From Paraspadella gotoi (lineage: Eukaryota; Animalia; Chaetognatha), in assembly GCA_051294375.1 (NCBI GenBank), contig CM119266.1:17168087-17232086 (forward strand): a stretch of DNA of 64,000 nt. The letters run 5' to 3'. Shown piece after piece: positions 1-13,000 of this stretch. Position numbers and translations under genes: made by a program. Position 1 is the stretch's first letter. Each line of letters starts with the position of its first letter. The notes beneath the pieces are model-generated. The model searched no databases. It saw only the letters and a program-made list of their open reading frames with translations, and had not been told where the DNA came from.

Positions 1-641
1 GTCAAATGTATTTCAAAATTCGTGACAATCAATGGTTAGCCGACCATGGATGGATTGACCAATATTCCACGAAATTCGGTCCCTTTTATCTCAAATCAAT
101 TAATGTTATTCCTCCGCCAATTTTCAGTCTGTATGGCCTTTCTATATCCACCGCATTTGTTTTAGTTGAAAACAAAATCGGGGATGCAATCTGGAATTTT
201 CATGATAGATTATTGGCGAGAACAGATGTGCTAATGAATGGAGTCTGTAGCAAATACACAAGACCCAGTCCATATGATTTGCCCGGGTGTCCAAGCAATG
301 CTAAAGTCTGTTTGACTTCCGAAGGCAAATTTAATGGTCCCATGTATCCAAGTCTTCTAGCAAGATTTAGCATTAAGATTCGTCACAACAAACCAGTCAA
401 TTTAAATATACCTAAATTGACGACTCCCCTGATTCTCAAGGCCAAAGTTGAGTTTTGCTTCAAACATAAAGAAAAGCGGGAAATAAAATTGATAAATGTA
501 GAAGAAAGAGGTGCCTGCTGTGCGAACAATGGAAATTCTTACTACAATATTCTTAATGAATTGAAAGGTAAACCTCCATGCCAAAAGTGTCCCAAAAACT
601 CAAAGCCTGGTTTGCATGGCTACTTTTGCCAATCACACTAA
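1..641 (+). CDS. 3' end of secreted SRCR-domain protein (clean copy; 5' part lies left of the window)
   Basis: Uninterrupted 211-aa non-repetitive ORF ending in a Cys-rich module (CCANNGNSYY...CQKCPKNSKPGLHGYFCQSH*). Colinear with 12603-13262, the end of the frameshifted full-length copy. Confidence 0.85.
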   Translation, partial: QMYFKIRDNQWLADHGWIDQYSTKFGPFYLKSINVIPPPIFSLYGLSISTAFVLVENKIGDAIWNFHDRLLARTDVLMNGVCSKYTRPSPYDLPGCPSNAKVCLTSEGKFNGPMYPSLLARFSIKIRHNKPVNLNIPKLTTPLILKAKVEFCFKHKEKREIKLINVEERGACCANNGNSYYNILNELKGKPPCQKCPKNSKPGLHGYFCQSH

Positions 642-1113
642 GATTTGAAAAATCCAATTCGTGATATAGAACAAGATGACTACTAATGAGTAATGACTAC
701 TGGGAAAAAACATTTTTTGGTGCTTTTGTTCAAGAGTAATTTTGCTATTTTGCTATTACTGAACTGCTTTAGAAAGTAAACTAATCATGAGTTAATTTAT
801 TAAAAAAATTAAAATGGGATCAGGCATTTTGGATTCTGGCTTTGTCTCGTAAAAGTGTATTTATTCATTTTATTTTGTGGTGATTTATTAATAAAAAACC
901 TAGGGCCTTATTTTCCCATAACGCCCTATTTTACAATTAAATTAATTTTACGGTTTAAAGAGTAAGTTAAAGGTTAGAGTTAGGGATTTGGTTAGTAATT
1001 AAGCTTTTTCTAAGACCATTGCAAGTTCGCAGCAAATAAGCCTATCTATAATAGTATAAATTTATTTACTATCCGACAGACATACATATTGGCAGACAGA
1101 CAGACAGATTTAC

Positions 1114-2112
1114 CTGGAAATTGAGAATGAGTGACGCTTTGTGCGGCCATCGAGAGAAGACAACGATGTTAAGTAGATTTAGGATGAGACCTGAGAAAAG
1201 GAAAGTATCATTTCTTACAAGACTTCATAAACATAATTATACAATTGTAAAAGTTGATAAAAACATTCTGCCACGTTATCATTAAGGAAGCAAGGTACAC
1301 TGGAAGTTAATAAGCGACCAATGTTTTGAGGCAGATAGCTAATTTAATAATATAAATTTCATAAAAGAAATACTTTTTGTGATAAGCATATAATGAAAAT
1401 ATAAACTAAATTATTATTAAACCCTATTAAAAATATTGCTAAGATAGTAAAATAAGACTTTTATGAAAACCCTATCATATATATGAGAAATGATCTAAAC
1501 TGCTACAATATGTAAATGAGATTGGAGTTCTATAACTCATTTATTGGTGATTAACATCGATTTATGAGGAAAACGCATATTATATTTATTTGAGCAATAT
1601 ATTTCGGTTAACATCGCTTAACCAATAACCATAGCTCATTTGCGAAGTGTTAATCACCAATACTATGTACTCATACCGCATATGCGATGACTCTTAAGCA
1701 ATATAACTCATTTGAAATGAACCACGAGTTTTTCTGCCGCGAGACGGATAACCCCCCGCTCATCAGCATAATATAGTTTAATCTCATGACACCAAAACTT
1801 CTGGATATCCGTGTCATTTGTCGAGATTTCTCATTTCCGTCGTTTTTGACTTCGTTTTCCATTAGCGTCTTGACACCAATTAACAATGGGGCGCCCTGTC
1901 AAAAGCCCGTTTGCCCAGTTCGTCCTGTTCGTCCGCATTTTATAATGGGAACAGACTTCTGTATTTCATTTAAACGTTTGAACTTTGATTATACTCAGGC
2001 TTATACGTACATATTAAGGCCGTGAAAAAAATTCACCTTTCATAGATGATAAAATACAAACAAATTTTGGCCGGGGACTCGTTCCAAAAACGACCCGTGG
2101 AAAATTATCTCG

Positions 2113-2143
<31 letters not shown>

Positions 2144-2359
2144 GCTCTCTCTGTCTCTCTCTTTCTGTCCAAACAAAATTAAGTCGTTCTGAGGATAAAA
2201 ACCCTTTTATGTCTCTTTTTTTTTCATTCAGTTTTCTTCATTTGTTTTTTCATCCATAATCTGTTTTCAGGATTTCTCTTTCTCTCTTCTTCTTCTTCCT
2301 CTTTCTCTCTGTATATTTCTCTTTTTCCCTATCTCTCTTTCTTTCTTTCTTTCTTTCTC

Positions 2360-2443
<84 letters not shown>

Positions 2444-2541
2444 TATTTCTTTATTTTTTTCTTTTTTTCTATTTTTCTTTCTTTCTTTCTCCCTTTATTT
2501 CATTCTTTTTCTCACTCTCTCTCTATCTGTCGAGAATATCC

Positions 2542-2611
<70 letters not shown>

Positions 2612-3413
2612 ACCGGTTTCCTGGATCTTACAACGTAAAAATCAAAAACTGAACAAGATTGTTTTATTTCTAGAATTTTATACGTAGGACATCTCAAAAA
2701 CTTCTAAAGACAAAAATAAATAATTAGGCAGTCATAATCCTAAGTAGGTCTAAACTCTGACGAAAAAATCCAGAGGTTTTTTAAATATAATCTTATACCG
2801 GCCAATGTAGAATAAGGGCAATATGGTTCATGTTAAGTAATAAGGGCAATATGGTTAATGTTAAGTAAAGTAAAGTAAATATAGAAAATATTAACAAAAA
2901 TTTTGGGAAAATCCACCTCTTGGATGGAATATTTTTGCCATAAAATATGACTCCCGGATGAAAACTCTTAGAATTCCGATCGCTTTTACATTTTAGTGTA
3001 AATAAAATTTCACCAAAGCGAGGTAGTTCATCCTATCATATTAAAATAACTAAATGAAATGTAAAGAAAAATTTTTACGAGCCCTTCAGACACTGGGCCA
3101 GAGGATTCCTTGAAGTCATTTGTTGAACCAATCATCTGATATCCTAAGCAAATATAATTAAAAGATATTTTGATATTATGAACAACAGTTATAGTGGTCG
3201 TTCTCGTCGTCGTAATGTATTCTATAATAAATCATAAAAAGTTTTTTCTTAACACGAAACCAGAAGTTTCAAGAATATTTTTAAATTAAGTCTCTGTGTT
3301 GTCATTTTCATTACCTGGCATGGTTGGAGTTGGTAAGTGAGGAGAGAGAGATAGATTATTGGCGTGTATGGGGAGATAGATAGAGATAGAGAGAAAAAAA
3401 GAGGAAGAAAGAG

Positions 3414-3471
<58 letters not shown>

Positions 3472-4465
3472 CGCGGCACAGATTAACGTTATGTTAATTT
3501 TGTGTCCAACGCAGTTTTCTACAACTCTGACAAACGTTCGTCGTTCTCCTGTTTCATTATCTCATGCAATTCAAGGCAGCCGTCTTTGTCGTCGTCGTCC
3601 TAGTCGTCGTCGTCGTCGTCGTCGTCGGGGCGCGTTGGGGAAATATAGCCCTTGTAAGAAATATAAAAAAAAAATAGAAAACAAAAAGATAATTTGAGGC
3701 TAAAAATGTTGTTTAAATATTTTTAGATTTTCTTTGAATGAGGAGGAGGAAGAAGAGAAAAAGGAAAATGGAAAAGAGAAAAATTCAAGGTCAAAGAAAC
3801 AAAGAGAAGAGGAAAAGATAAAAGAGAACTTTTGCAACAATAGTCAAGTATTTTTTCGAAAGAATGACAGCAAAACAAACAGAGTTTTATTATGAAATTG
3901 GTACAACCAATATAAAAATTATCCATTAATTTAATAAATAAGCTATCTTGTCCTTGACTTCGGACATATGGATATATTATATTTATTATATATTTACTTT
4001 GAATGATTTTTACTATATTTTTTTAAATATTAATATCTTCTTAACCCTAATTTCTAACCAAAACTTTCCTTCCTTCTCCGTAACACTAATCATTATCGTA
4101 ATCTGTTACTTATTCCCAATAAAGGGCCTATTGCCAACCCCTAGCCTCATCTTTAAATCTAGGAACAAACTTAATTCTGAATTTAAGTTCAAATGGTGGG
4201 GTGCTTTCGGAAAAAAAAATGGTCGCTATTTATTTTCATTTTTGTCACGATCTTATCCCAAATTTGTTTAAATTTATTGTCACGATTTTTTTCCTCCTCC
4301 TTTCGACACGACACGACGTGACATGACATGACATGACACGACATGACGTGACATGACATTGTACTCTACTCACCCACGACGATCGTCGGAGGAAGAAGAT
4401 AAACGTAGACGATTCGTTCGTAATTCGCGGTCTCGTCGTAGTCGGACTCGTTGGGGCCGATGAGA
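1114..4465 (-). CDS. Rhodopsin-class (class A) GPCR, two internal exons (4374-4465 and 1114-1190) encoding N-terminus, TM1 and ICL1; peptide-receptor-like
   Basis: Exon A has acceptor ccccttctcAG and donor G|GTGAGT (92 nt). Exon B has acceptor ccttttctcAG and donor CAG|GTAAAT (77 nt). The phase-1 join gives LIGPNESDYDETANYERIVYVYLLPPTIVV-GLILNLLNIVVFSRWPHKASLILNFQ, with an N-glycan sequon, a hydrophobic TM1 carrying the class A G-x-x-x-N pattern and a short basic loop. The first exon and TM2-TM7 exons were not located. Confidence 0.75.
2330..2610. repeat. (CTTT)n and (GA)n microsatellites, representative of many GA/CT tracts in the window
   Basis: Direct inspection. The longest GA tract is at about 56215-56355. 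Confidence 0.95.
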
Positions 4466-4720
4466 CTGAGAAGGGGGTAAGGAATGAGTGAATGAGATGA
4501 ATGAGCTGAATGAATGAAGATAAAGAAATAGCAGATTAAAGAATTAACGGAATGAATTGTTAAATAGATAAATGAGTGATAGAGATGGATGAATTATTTA
4601 AAGAATTAATGAATGAAAAGAATATTATCAATCAGAGAATGAAATAAAGGAATTAATTATAAATTATTAAATTAATTATTAAATGTAGGGATACCACGAA
4701 TTTAAATTCTGAGAGAGAGA

Positions 4721-4762
<42 letters not shown>

Positions 4763-5035
4763 GAGAGAGAGAGAGAGAGAAAGCCATGAGCAATATTATC
4801 GAATACAAACTTTGTGTTGATGATATATTTTAAATTCATTTATGAAAAGTTTTAGCTTTATGACGCAAATAACCGTAGTTATATAACAAGTAGCCTGCAA
4901 TCTTTTGACTTAAGACAGAAATTCGTCGATTCAACATTGTTTATCTTTAGGAATAAAAAAAATCTTTCTAAAAAGGACCTTAGTGCCAAAAAGACGATGT
5001 ACCTAGTTACTTTGATCAAAATAGTTTTAGTTACT

Positions 5036-5109
<74 letters not shown>

Positions 5110-5628
5110 AAAGATAAAACAGAAATCGCCCTTGTCATCACAATTTTTAGACAAACTCGACATTTTATTCAACTTAATTTTTTATCTTTAATTTTTTCTT
5201 ATGACTCAGGATTTTGAATAAAAGGAGAAATCAGAGAGACGAATGTTCAGTACTTCGCCCATTTTTTTTTTTGGTCGAATTTAACTTCAAATTTTAAATT
5301 TATCTAAACGTTTTTTGTAAGTATTTTGTGATTTTTTTACTCAGTATTATCATATGTTTTTTTTATTTAATTTGTTCTTCGTCTTTCTTGAGGTTAATTT
5401 TTTATTAAAAATGTTTTTATTCTTTTTTCTTTTTTTTTTTGACATTTACTTTTGTTTTCATTCTTTTAACTAAATTTCGGTTCATTTCATTTCTCTCTTT
5501 TCATTTAAAAAAAGTTTTTTATTATCTCGGTCATAATCTCGGTTTTATCCGACATCTCCCCATGTCATTTCTCCTGTCGTTATTTCTATAATCTCCACTG
5601 TCATCTTTCAGCGACAACCTCAGCCACA

Positions 5629-7586
5629 ATGAAGATCTTCGTCGCCATTTTGCCTTTTGTCTTCGCTTCTCTCGCCTCCGCTCAAACTCACCGTCAGCCT
5701 CACCTCGCGTCAAACGAAGTCTCCATCCTTCGCAGAGGTAAGTTCGATCGAGCAACACAAATGACGAACTGAAAACAGGGCATATTGCTTGATCATGTGG
5801 TTGGATCCCTTACGTAATTATGATCCGTCTAAACATACAAGTTATACAAATTCTTTTTTTTTCCGCCCTTCTTGGTCTCTCTCTTCCTTCCCCCTTTCCC
5901 CTCTCTCCCTGCTCTCTTTTCTCCCTCTTTCTTTCCCACTCTTTATTTCCACCTCTTATCCCTTCTCTTCACTCTCCCACTCCCTCTCATTTCTCTTTCC
6001 CCCTCTCTCCTCCATACCCCTTCTCCCCTCTCCCTCTCTCTTCTCTTCCGCTCTCCCTCTCCTTCTCCACTCTCTAACCCACCTCCCCTTCGCCTTTCTC
6101 CCTTCTTCTCCCGCTCCCCTTCTCCACTCTCCATTCCTCTCCTCCTCCACCCCGCCCTCTTCCTCCCTTCTCCACTCTCTAACCCACCTCCCCTTTCTCT
6201 CCTCCTCCACCCTGCCCCTCTTCCTCCCTTCTCCCTACTCTCGTCAGACCACCGCATTCGCGAAGTCTCCGTAGTCCACGGCACAGACGGCGAAGCGGGT
6301 GCTTCCTCCATTTGGCAGAGCTTTGTTCCGGAGCGGGCCTTTGAACGAAACGCCCCGGCCAATTGGGGCTGGGTCAGCGGAAAGATCGTGCCCACCGAGC
6401 TCATGCCANNNNNNNNNNAGCGGAAAGATCGTGCCCACCGGGCTCATGCCAACTGTGCCCGCTTCAAAGCCTCAGCCGCAGCCTTTTCCTCATTATATTT
6501 AGTAATTGGCATAATTTTTTTTGGGGGGGCTAAAGAATTTAACCGATTGGCTGATACAAAATTATTAATTTTTTACCCAATCAGCTTTAAATTCAAGCTA
6601 ATGATTTATATCCAGATACAGATTTCATATTTTCTTTCTCGATCAAATTTGAGTTAATACAAAATTTATATTGCTTTTCTCAATCAGCTTAAAGTTTAAG
6701 CCAATGCTTTATACCCAATTGGCTGATACATAGTTCATATTTTCACCCCCGATCAGCTTCAAATTCTCCTCTAAGAGAGTCTGGCCAGCGGACATCACCT
6801 TCCAACCTGCTCAGCCGCTTAAGCTGCAGAGGTCACCCAGTTTGTTCCAGTTCGTTGGATCCAACGACGAAAATTGCAGGTAAAGATTTTACTTTATTTT
6901 ATTTTTTAAATTTATTTCATTTATTTAATTGTACATTATTAAATTTATTTTAATCTATATCCTTTTGTTTTAATTCATTTTAGTTTATTATATAATATCT
7001 GAAATATTTTGATTTCCTTTAGTATGAATGGATTAGATTTTGTCTGATTTGTTGTGATTTGATTTGATTTAATTCAATTCATTGAATTAATTAATTTTTA
7101 TTTATTTCTTATATTTGGTTAAATTTGTTTTGATTTATATTTTATATCATTTGTAGTGTTTTTATTTGTTGTATTTGATTTTATTTGGTTTGATTTGATT
7201 TGATTAGTAAAAGATTTAAGTATTCTAGACTAACATCAGCGCTTGACAATACTTAATGCAAGCATCTGATCCAAATTAAACAATCATTTGACCTCAGCTC
7301 CGACTACACGACGGTGTGGACTGTTCTCTGCGAAGACTTGTCGCACAAAAAATGGTGGCACATCAACGAGATAAGAAATTGCAAGGTGTGATATATAGTG
7401 GAAATGTGTTTGTGTAGTATTCTCAGATTATTACATAAACTCTTTTTCTATAAGGTCCACCCCGACATGGAGGAAAAGTACAAGTGTTTGGGTCTGCGTA
7501 TCCTTGGCAACCATGACGAGGGTTGGTCCAGCATCAGAAACATCAGACTTTGGGAAAAAGTACATCATTGCTCTCAAGAAATTTGA
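5629..7586 (+). CDS. Secreted F5/8 type C (discoidin / galactose-binding-like) domain protein, 5 exons, about 220 aa
   Basis: Exons 5629-5737, 6248-6501, 6757-6879, 7298-7385 and 7455-7586 are all GT-AG with compatible phases (1,2,2,0). Signal peptide MKIFVAILPFVFASLASA. Motifs ASSIW..P..AF....W.S, FPHYIYFKF, PSLFQFVGSND, WTVLCED and CLGLRIL..SIRNIRLW fit an F5/8C-type beta-sandwich. A 10-N gap at 6409-6418 duplicates about 30 nt of exon 2 that is single in the other copies. Confidence 0.85.
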
Positions 7587-8957
7587 ATGAGTGAATCAGA
7601 TTTTTAGTTTTGGCTTTTGATTTATTTATTCTTGCTTAGATTTTTCGAATTTAATTTTAAGGTTTCGTGTTTGCAGAACAAATGTTTATTTATTTGAATA
7701 GAACAAAATTGATTTTATTTTATTTATTTGTTTGATTTCCCTACATTAATAAGATTCCTTTCTAAACGTATTATATTATTTATTTTTTTTCATCATTACA
7801 TCTTTTAATCCGGTTATTTATTCATTATTTAATTGTGGTGGTTTTAAGTTACGCCTTTGATAACGCGCAAATAAAATATTTGTTTCATTTCATGCTGTCT
7901 TTGTGTAATTTGTTTCTAACTTGAAAAAGATCATAGCGCTATTCATTTTCAGATTAGTTATTTAGGGATGATGAGAAAAGGGAAGAGAGAGTGAAAGAGA
8001 GAGAGAAAGAGAGAAATATATTGACTTCCCCCAATGCCGAGGTGATTAAAGAAAAAAATATTTGTTTGTGGCGCTTGAGAGGGCTAATAAAAAAGAACAA
8101 CACTCGCTCTGTTACAAAACCAAACATGGCAAAGTTAAAGCGTTTTCTCTTCCTTTTTCCCTCTCTCTCTCTCTTCTCTTCTCTCTCTTTCTCTCTCTCT
8201 TTCTCTTCTCTTTCTAAATTTCTCACTCTTATCCAATCTCGCCCTTCTATCTTTCTCTCCTTCGTTCCTCCTCTCTCTCTCTCTCTCTTCTCTCTTCTCT
8301 CTCTCTCTCTCTTTTCTTCCTCTTTTTTCTCTATCTAATCTATCTCCCCTTACACGCCAATAATCTACAATGGTCAAATTTTGATCCAAGTCATAAAGGA
8401 ATCATTCATGGCACTCAAGAAAATTATCTCTGCGTCACTCTCATTCTTTTTTTTCTTTTTCTTTCATTCTCTCTCTCTCTTGCTCTCATTCACTATCATC
8501 ATTTTTTTTTTAAAAGAAGTAAAATGTTTTTTTTTAATTGGCTTTAACGCGAAAATTCAATTAGAATTTTTTAAAAACAAAAAAATTTCAGTTCGCTGAA
8601 GCCGCTGCCCACCGCGCATTTTTCATCGCCCTCACCGTTAAATGTTCAGAGTTATCTAGATTTTTTTATTAAAAATTATTATTTTCTTTTACCATGTTTC
8701 CTTTTCTTTTTGCTTTGTCCCCAGTTTTTTGGGAAAACCTTTCAACATTTTTCTTCAGTTTTTTTCACCGAACTCTCTCGCCTCTCCTCTTTTTCTCTCT
8801 CTCTTCTTCTCTCTCTCTCTCCTCTCTCTCCCTCTCTCCTCTCTCTCTTTTCCTTTCTATCCCTCCCCCTTCGTTCTTCTCCACTGTCGCTTTTGCTCTT
8901 CTTTTGATTGTTATTTTCTTCACATTTGGTCTCAATTCATTCGCTTCTTCTCTCTCT

Positions 8958-9016
<59 letters not shown>

Positions 9017-10007
9017 CTCTCCTCTCTCTCGCTCTCTCTCTCTCTTTTATCCTTAGCAAATCTCTCTTTTTTTCCTCAAATATTTGCTTTTCTCTCCAAT
9101 GTCCTTCGGCTGCAGATTCAGTCCAATTCTCATTGCTGATTTCTTTCCATTGATTTTCTTTTCCCAGCAGGTGTTTATACTCGGGAACAGGTGTCCAAAT
9201 TTGATAGCAGGTGTTGGTGATAATTACCAGTAAATACTCATTATCGAAGTTAAATTGGACAGACTGTTGAGTTCAACGAAGTTGACTCGTTATTTTTGTA
9301 CATTGTACAATGTACAATGTACAATGTACATGTACATGTACTTTTATTTAATTAATTCCTTAAGTTGATTAACCTAAAGTTTTNNNNNNNNNNNNNNNNN
9401 NNNNNNNNNNNNNNNNNNNNNNNNNNNNNNNNNNNNNNNNNNNNNNNNNNNNNNNNNNNNNNNNNNNNNNNNNNNNNNNNNNNNNNNNNNNNNNNNNNNN
9501 NNNNNNNNNNNNNNNNNNNNNNNNNNNNNNNNNNNNNNNNNNNNNNNNNNNNNNNNNNNNNNNNNNNNNNNNNNNNNNNNNNNNNNNNNNNNNNAACAGA
9601 ATTAAAATGATTGTTGAAAAAATAATTCTCTGTTGCTATTATCTTCAGGTAAAGTCAACCATTAAAATTAGTACAATCAATTTAAAAATTATCTATTCGT
9701 TAAGTAACCTATCTTTTTTTTCCAGAGGAGGACCTACAAGCTTTTAATCAAGACTCTCTTACAGTTTAGTTCAATTTTATATTTTATTAATCTTCCCTAA
9801 ACTTTTATATTATATTAGAGAGAGATCACATAAATCCCTTAACAACTTATTTCTCAAATCTCTCTCTTACCACCTCAATCTCCATTATTAAACAAATATT
9901 TATTTTTGAACTTGAAAACCTGCTTTTAGAATTCCGAAAATTCAAGTTTCTGAAATATATATTATATATATAAATAATTGGCAGATTTTCTATTTTAGAT
10001 GAATAAA

Positions 10008-13000
10008 ATGAAGTTAACCATTTTGCTCGTTTTCATCTGCGCCTGCCTTTTGCTCAAGTTTGCCCTGTAATCAAGGGAAAAAAGGAATGTAATGAATAAG
10101 GGTCTATCTGCTTATTTGATGCCAAAAAGAGAAGCGTCATCAATTTGAGAAGAAAGGTTATGTGCGATTCTCGCGATCATGCGGTGGTCTCTGACTATTA
10201 TTGCTGTAAACATACTTGCTGGTGGGAAAAACGAGCCAGAATACGCTGAAGACGTGGGTGGAAGCGTACGGATGAGGTACTGTGTTATTTGTCCATCAGA
10301 AGTGGGAAAAATGCAATTGCAAAAAAGTCGATCTGGAACAACTATGAGTGCAGTCTCTCATCTTCGCACAGAGAGTTCCATTCTGCAAAGATAAATTCTG
10401 GTGTAGAACGATAGAAATTGCATCCTCACACAAGAAATGCAACAGCTACAATGTACTGTTGGAAATTTTAACGATGAAAGAGGCCTGTAAAATTGCCATG
10501 CCAACCTGCCCATAACACTTAAAGGGTGGACTAGCCAGGTGTGTCAGGTAATGTGTTTATTGTGGGCGGGCCACAGTGTGTCGAAGATCATGGAACAATA
10601 ATGCAGGCTAAGGTTGTTTGCAAGAAAACTCAACTCTCAGGACATACATTCGCTAATTGCTCGTCATTCTGGTTATTTTGGAAACACAGCTCGAAATTTT
10701 ATAATCAATGATGTAAGAATGCAATGGAAGAGAAATCGGACTTTGCGTCATTGCCTTCACAGATACAATGATTGATAGATTGCTCTTCTCAGCAGTGGGT
10801 TCGGGGGTTGAGATGCATGGACCCGCTTTAAAGACAAAGTTAAAAGGAGGAGTTCAAAAAAATGAAGGATTGTGTTTATCTAGTGGGTACGTACTCGCAT
10901 GTAGTGATAAGTGGGAATCGTGCAGCTAGCCAGGTCCATCTGGCAATCGTTTTACAAAGCCAAAGTTTCCTGAATATAACTATGTTCGCCGTTTTTCAGA
11001 AACTGGTAGTAATTTTTGGCTCGAGTGAACCGTTTGTAATCAACAGTAACTGCAAAAGGAAATGAAAAATTCCTTGCCCCAATGTAGAAATCTTTTTAGA
11101 ACTGCAAAACGACAATGCTTGTAAAGAAAGTTAAGGTTCAGGTGCTAAATGTACTACACAGTATAGATTTCAATATTGAAGAAGTAAATGGACAAATGAC
11201 CCCGATCAAACAAATATTGTCGAATAGCATTAAGGACCTGTCTTCCACTTGTTATGACTGGAAATTGTAAAGAGTCTTATAAAACTCAATCCAATTATTG
11301 GCAAAACAAAAGGCTGCTTTGGAAGACCTCAATTGATTCTGGAAAAATAGTAAAAAAGAAGATATTACTCACAAACACAGTTTAATGTCATAGAGGATTG
11401 AAACACAATTTTATGAAAAGTCAATGTCGGGGCATTACAAAATTCTTTGAACGGTTTACAAATCGCATATAAACGAACTTTCAGTCATCAATTATCGCAA
11501 TATTTTGTTCAAAGATCTAATTATCAAGAGGCAAGACTTGCTGGGAGAAAATATCTGATCTTAAAATCTTGTTAGAAGATACCACTGCCGAAAAAGAACA
11601 AGAAGCTAAATTCGAGTCCCTGGTAAAAATACTGATACAACACGAGTACGATAGTGGTCGCCGCAGAATTTGTTCATCGCATGATAAGACTAGCTTTTCA
11701 GGATAGTTCAGACCCTATATGCAAGCTGATCCTACAGTTCTCTCTTGATGTTGACGATGGCTTGCTGCGGTCGCCAAAGCAAGGGAATAACTTGTAAAAA
11801 TTCATTTTTTGGTAAGTTTACTTCCTAATTTTCCCAGACAGCGAAAAGAATTGGTAAACAATATGAAGGTAAATAAGGAGGCATTATTGCTTTAGCCGAT
11901 TGTTGGAATAAAATAACCAAAAACCTATGATATGAAAGGGCTAAAAATATGTGACTCTTTCAATATCAAGCCCTTACAGACGGCAGACTTAAATCAGATA
12001 TTCAAACTTATTTGGAGGATTTATAGTGATGGTCTGTGGCGATGTACTTTTTGATGGTGAAACTTTGACGTAGTCAACTTGCGGCAACAGGAGCAACGAA
12101 ATCAAGGAATCTGTCGCATAAAACAAAATTAGCAAGCAAGCCAGAGTGTTGCTTATCAATGAGCACTTTGACAATACTTATCAAAGTATGGGTAATTACT
12201 TGAAGGACATTGCAAAAAGGCAAGTTGGAGGTTCATCTTGCCTCCATGCAGATGGCTTCAACTTTATCAAACCTTTTAGGGAACGCAAGTAGATTATGGA
12301 AATAACGAAACTACAATCAAATGATTAGTTTGAGACCTTGAAAAAGCGGTATTTGATTGATGCAGCTTGTCCAAACGAATGACTTACAAATGAACCCAAA
12401 ACCAAATTGAAGGAATTCCTGTGTGCCCAGCTTGAAACAAAAAATATGGATGGGAACCTTGGTCCTCTTATGTCCTTTGACTTTGACCGTGGAGATGTGC
12501 AGTGAATCCACAAACGTTGAAAAATATATCAACTTTCCTAATGATACAAAATGAATCCAGATTTTGAATAACTGATAATATTTCCCGAAGCCAATCAAAC
12601 GAGTCAATGTAATTTCAAATTCGTGACATCAATGGTTAGCCGACCATGGAATGGATTGACCAATATTCCACGAAATTCGTCCCATTTTATACTCAAATCA
12701 ATTAATGTTATTCCTTCCTCCCCAATTCTTCAGTCCTGTAGATGGCCTTTCTAATTCCACCGCATTTGTTTTAGTTGAAAACAAAATCGGGGATGCAATC
12801 TGGGAATTTTCATGATAGATTGATTGGGCGAGAACAGATGTGCTAATGCATGGAGTCTGTAGCAAATACCAAGCCCAGTCCATATGATTTGCCGCGGTGT
12901 CCAAGCAATGCTAAAGTCTGTTTGACTTCCGAAGGCAAATTTTATGGTCCATGTATCCAAGTCTTCTAGCAAGATTTAGCATTAAGATTCGTACACAACA

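Larger units (their letters stand above)
1..9812. repeat. Cleaner, probably allelic copy of about 12603-22973
   Basis: Colinear throughout. It differs by many 1-nt indels and some block indels, for example 703-761 extra here and about 21510-21685 extra in the other copy. Confidence 0.9.

Noticed and set aside
6409-6450. Internal peptide duplication in discoidin exon 2
   Set aside because: It is a contig overlap across a 10-N gap and is single in the other two copies.
7229-7297. In-frame TAA in discoidin exon 4, suggesting a pseudogene or recoded stop
   Set aside because: It arises only with the upstream acceptor at 7228. The acceptor at 7297 keeps the frame open.
11811-11836. Possible 26-nt GTAAGT...CCCAG micro-intron in the SRCR gene
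   Set aside because: The segment also reads as plausible coding sequence with one indel. This cannot be decided in the noisy copy.
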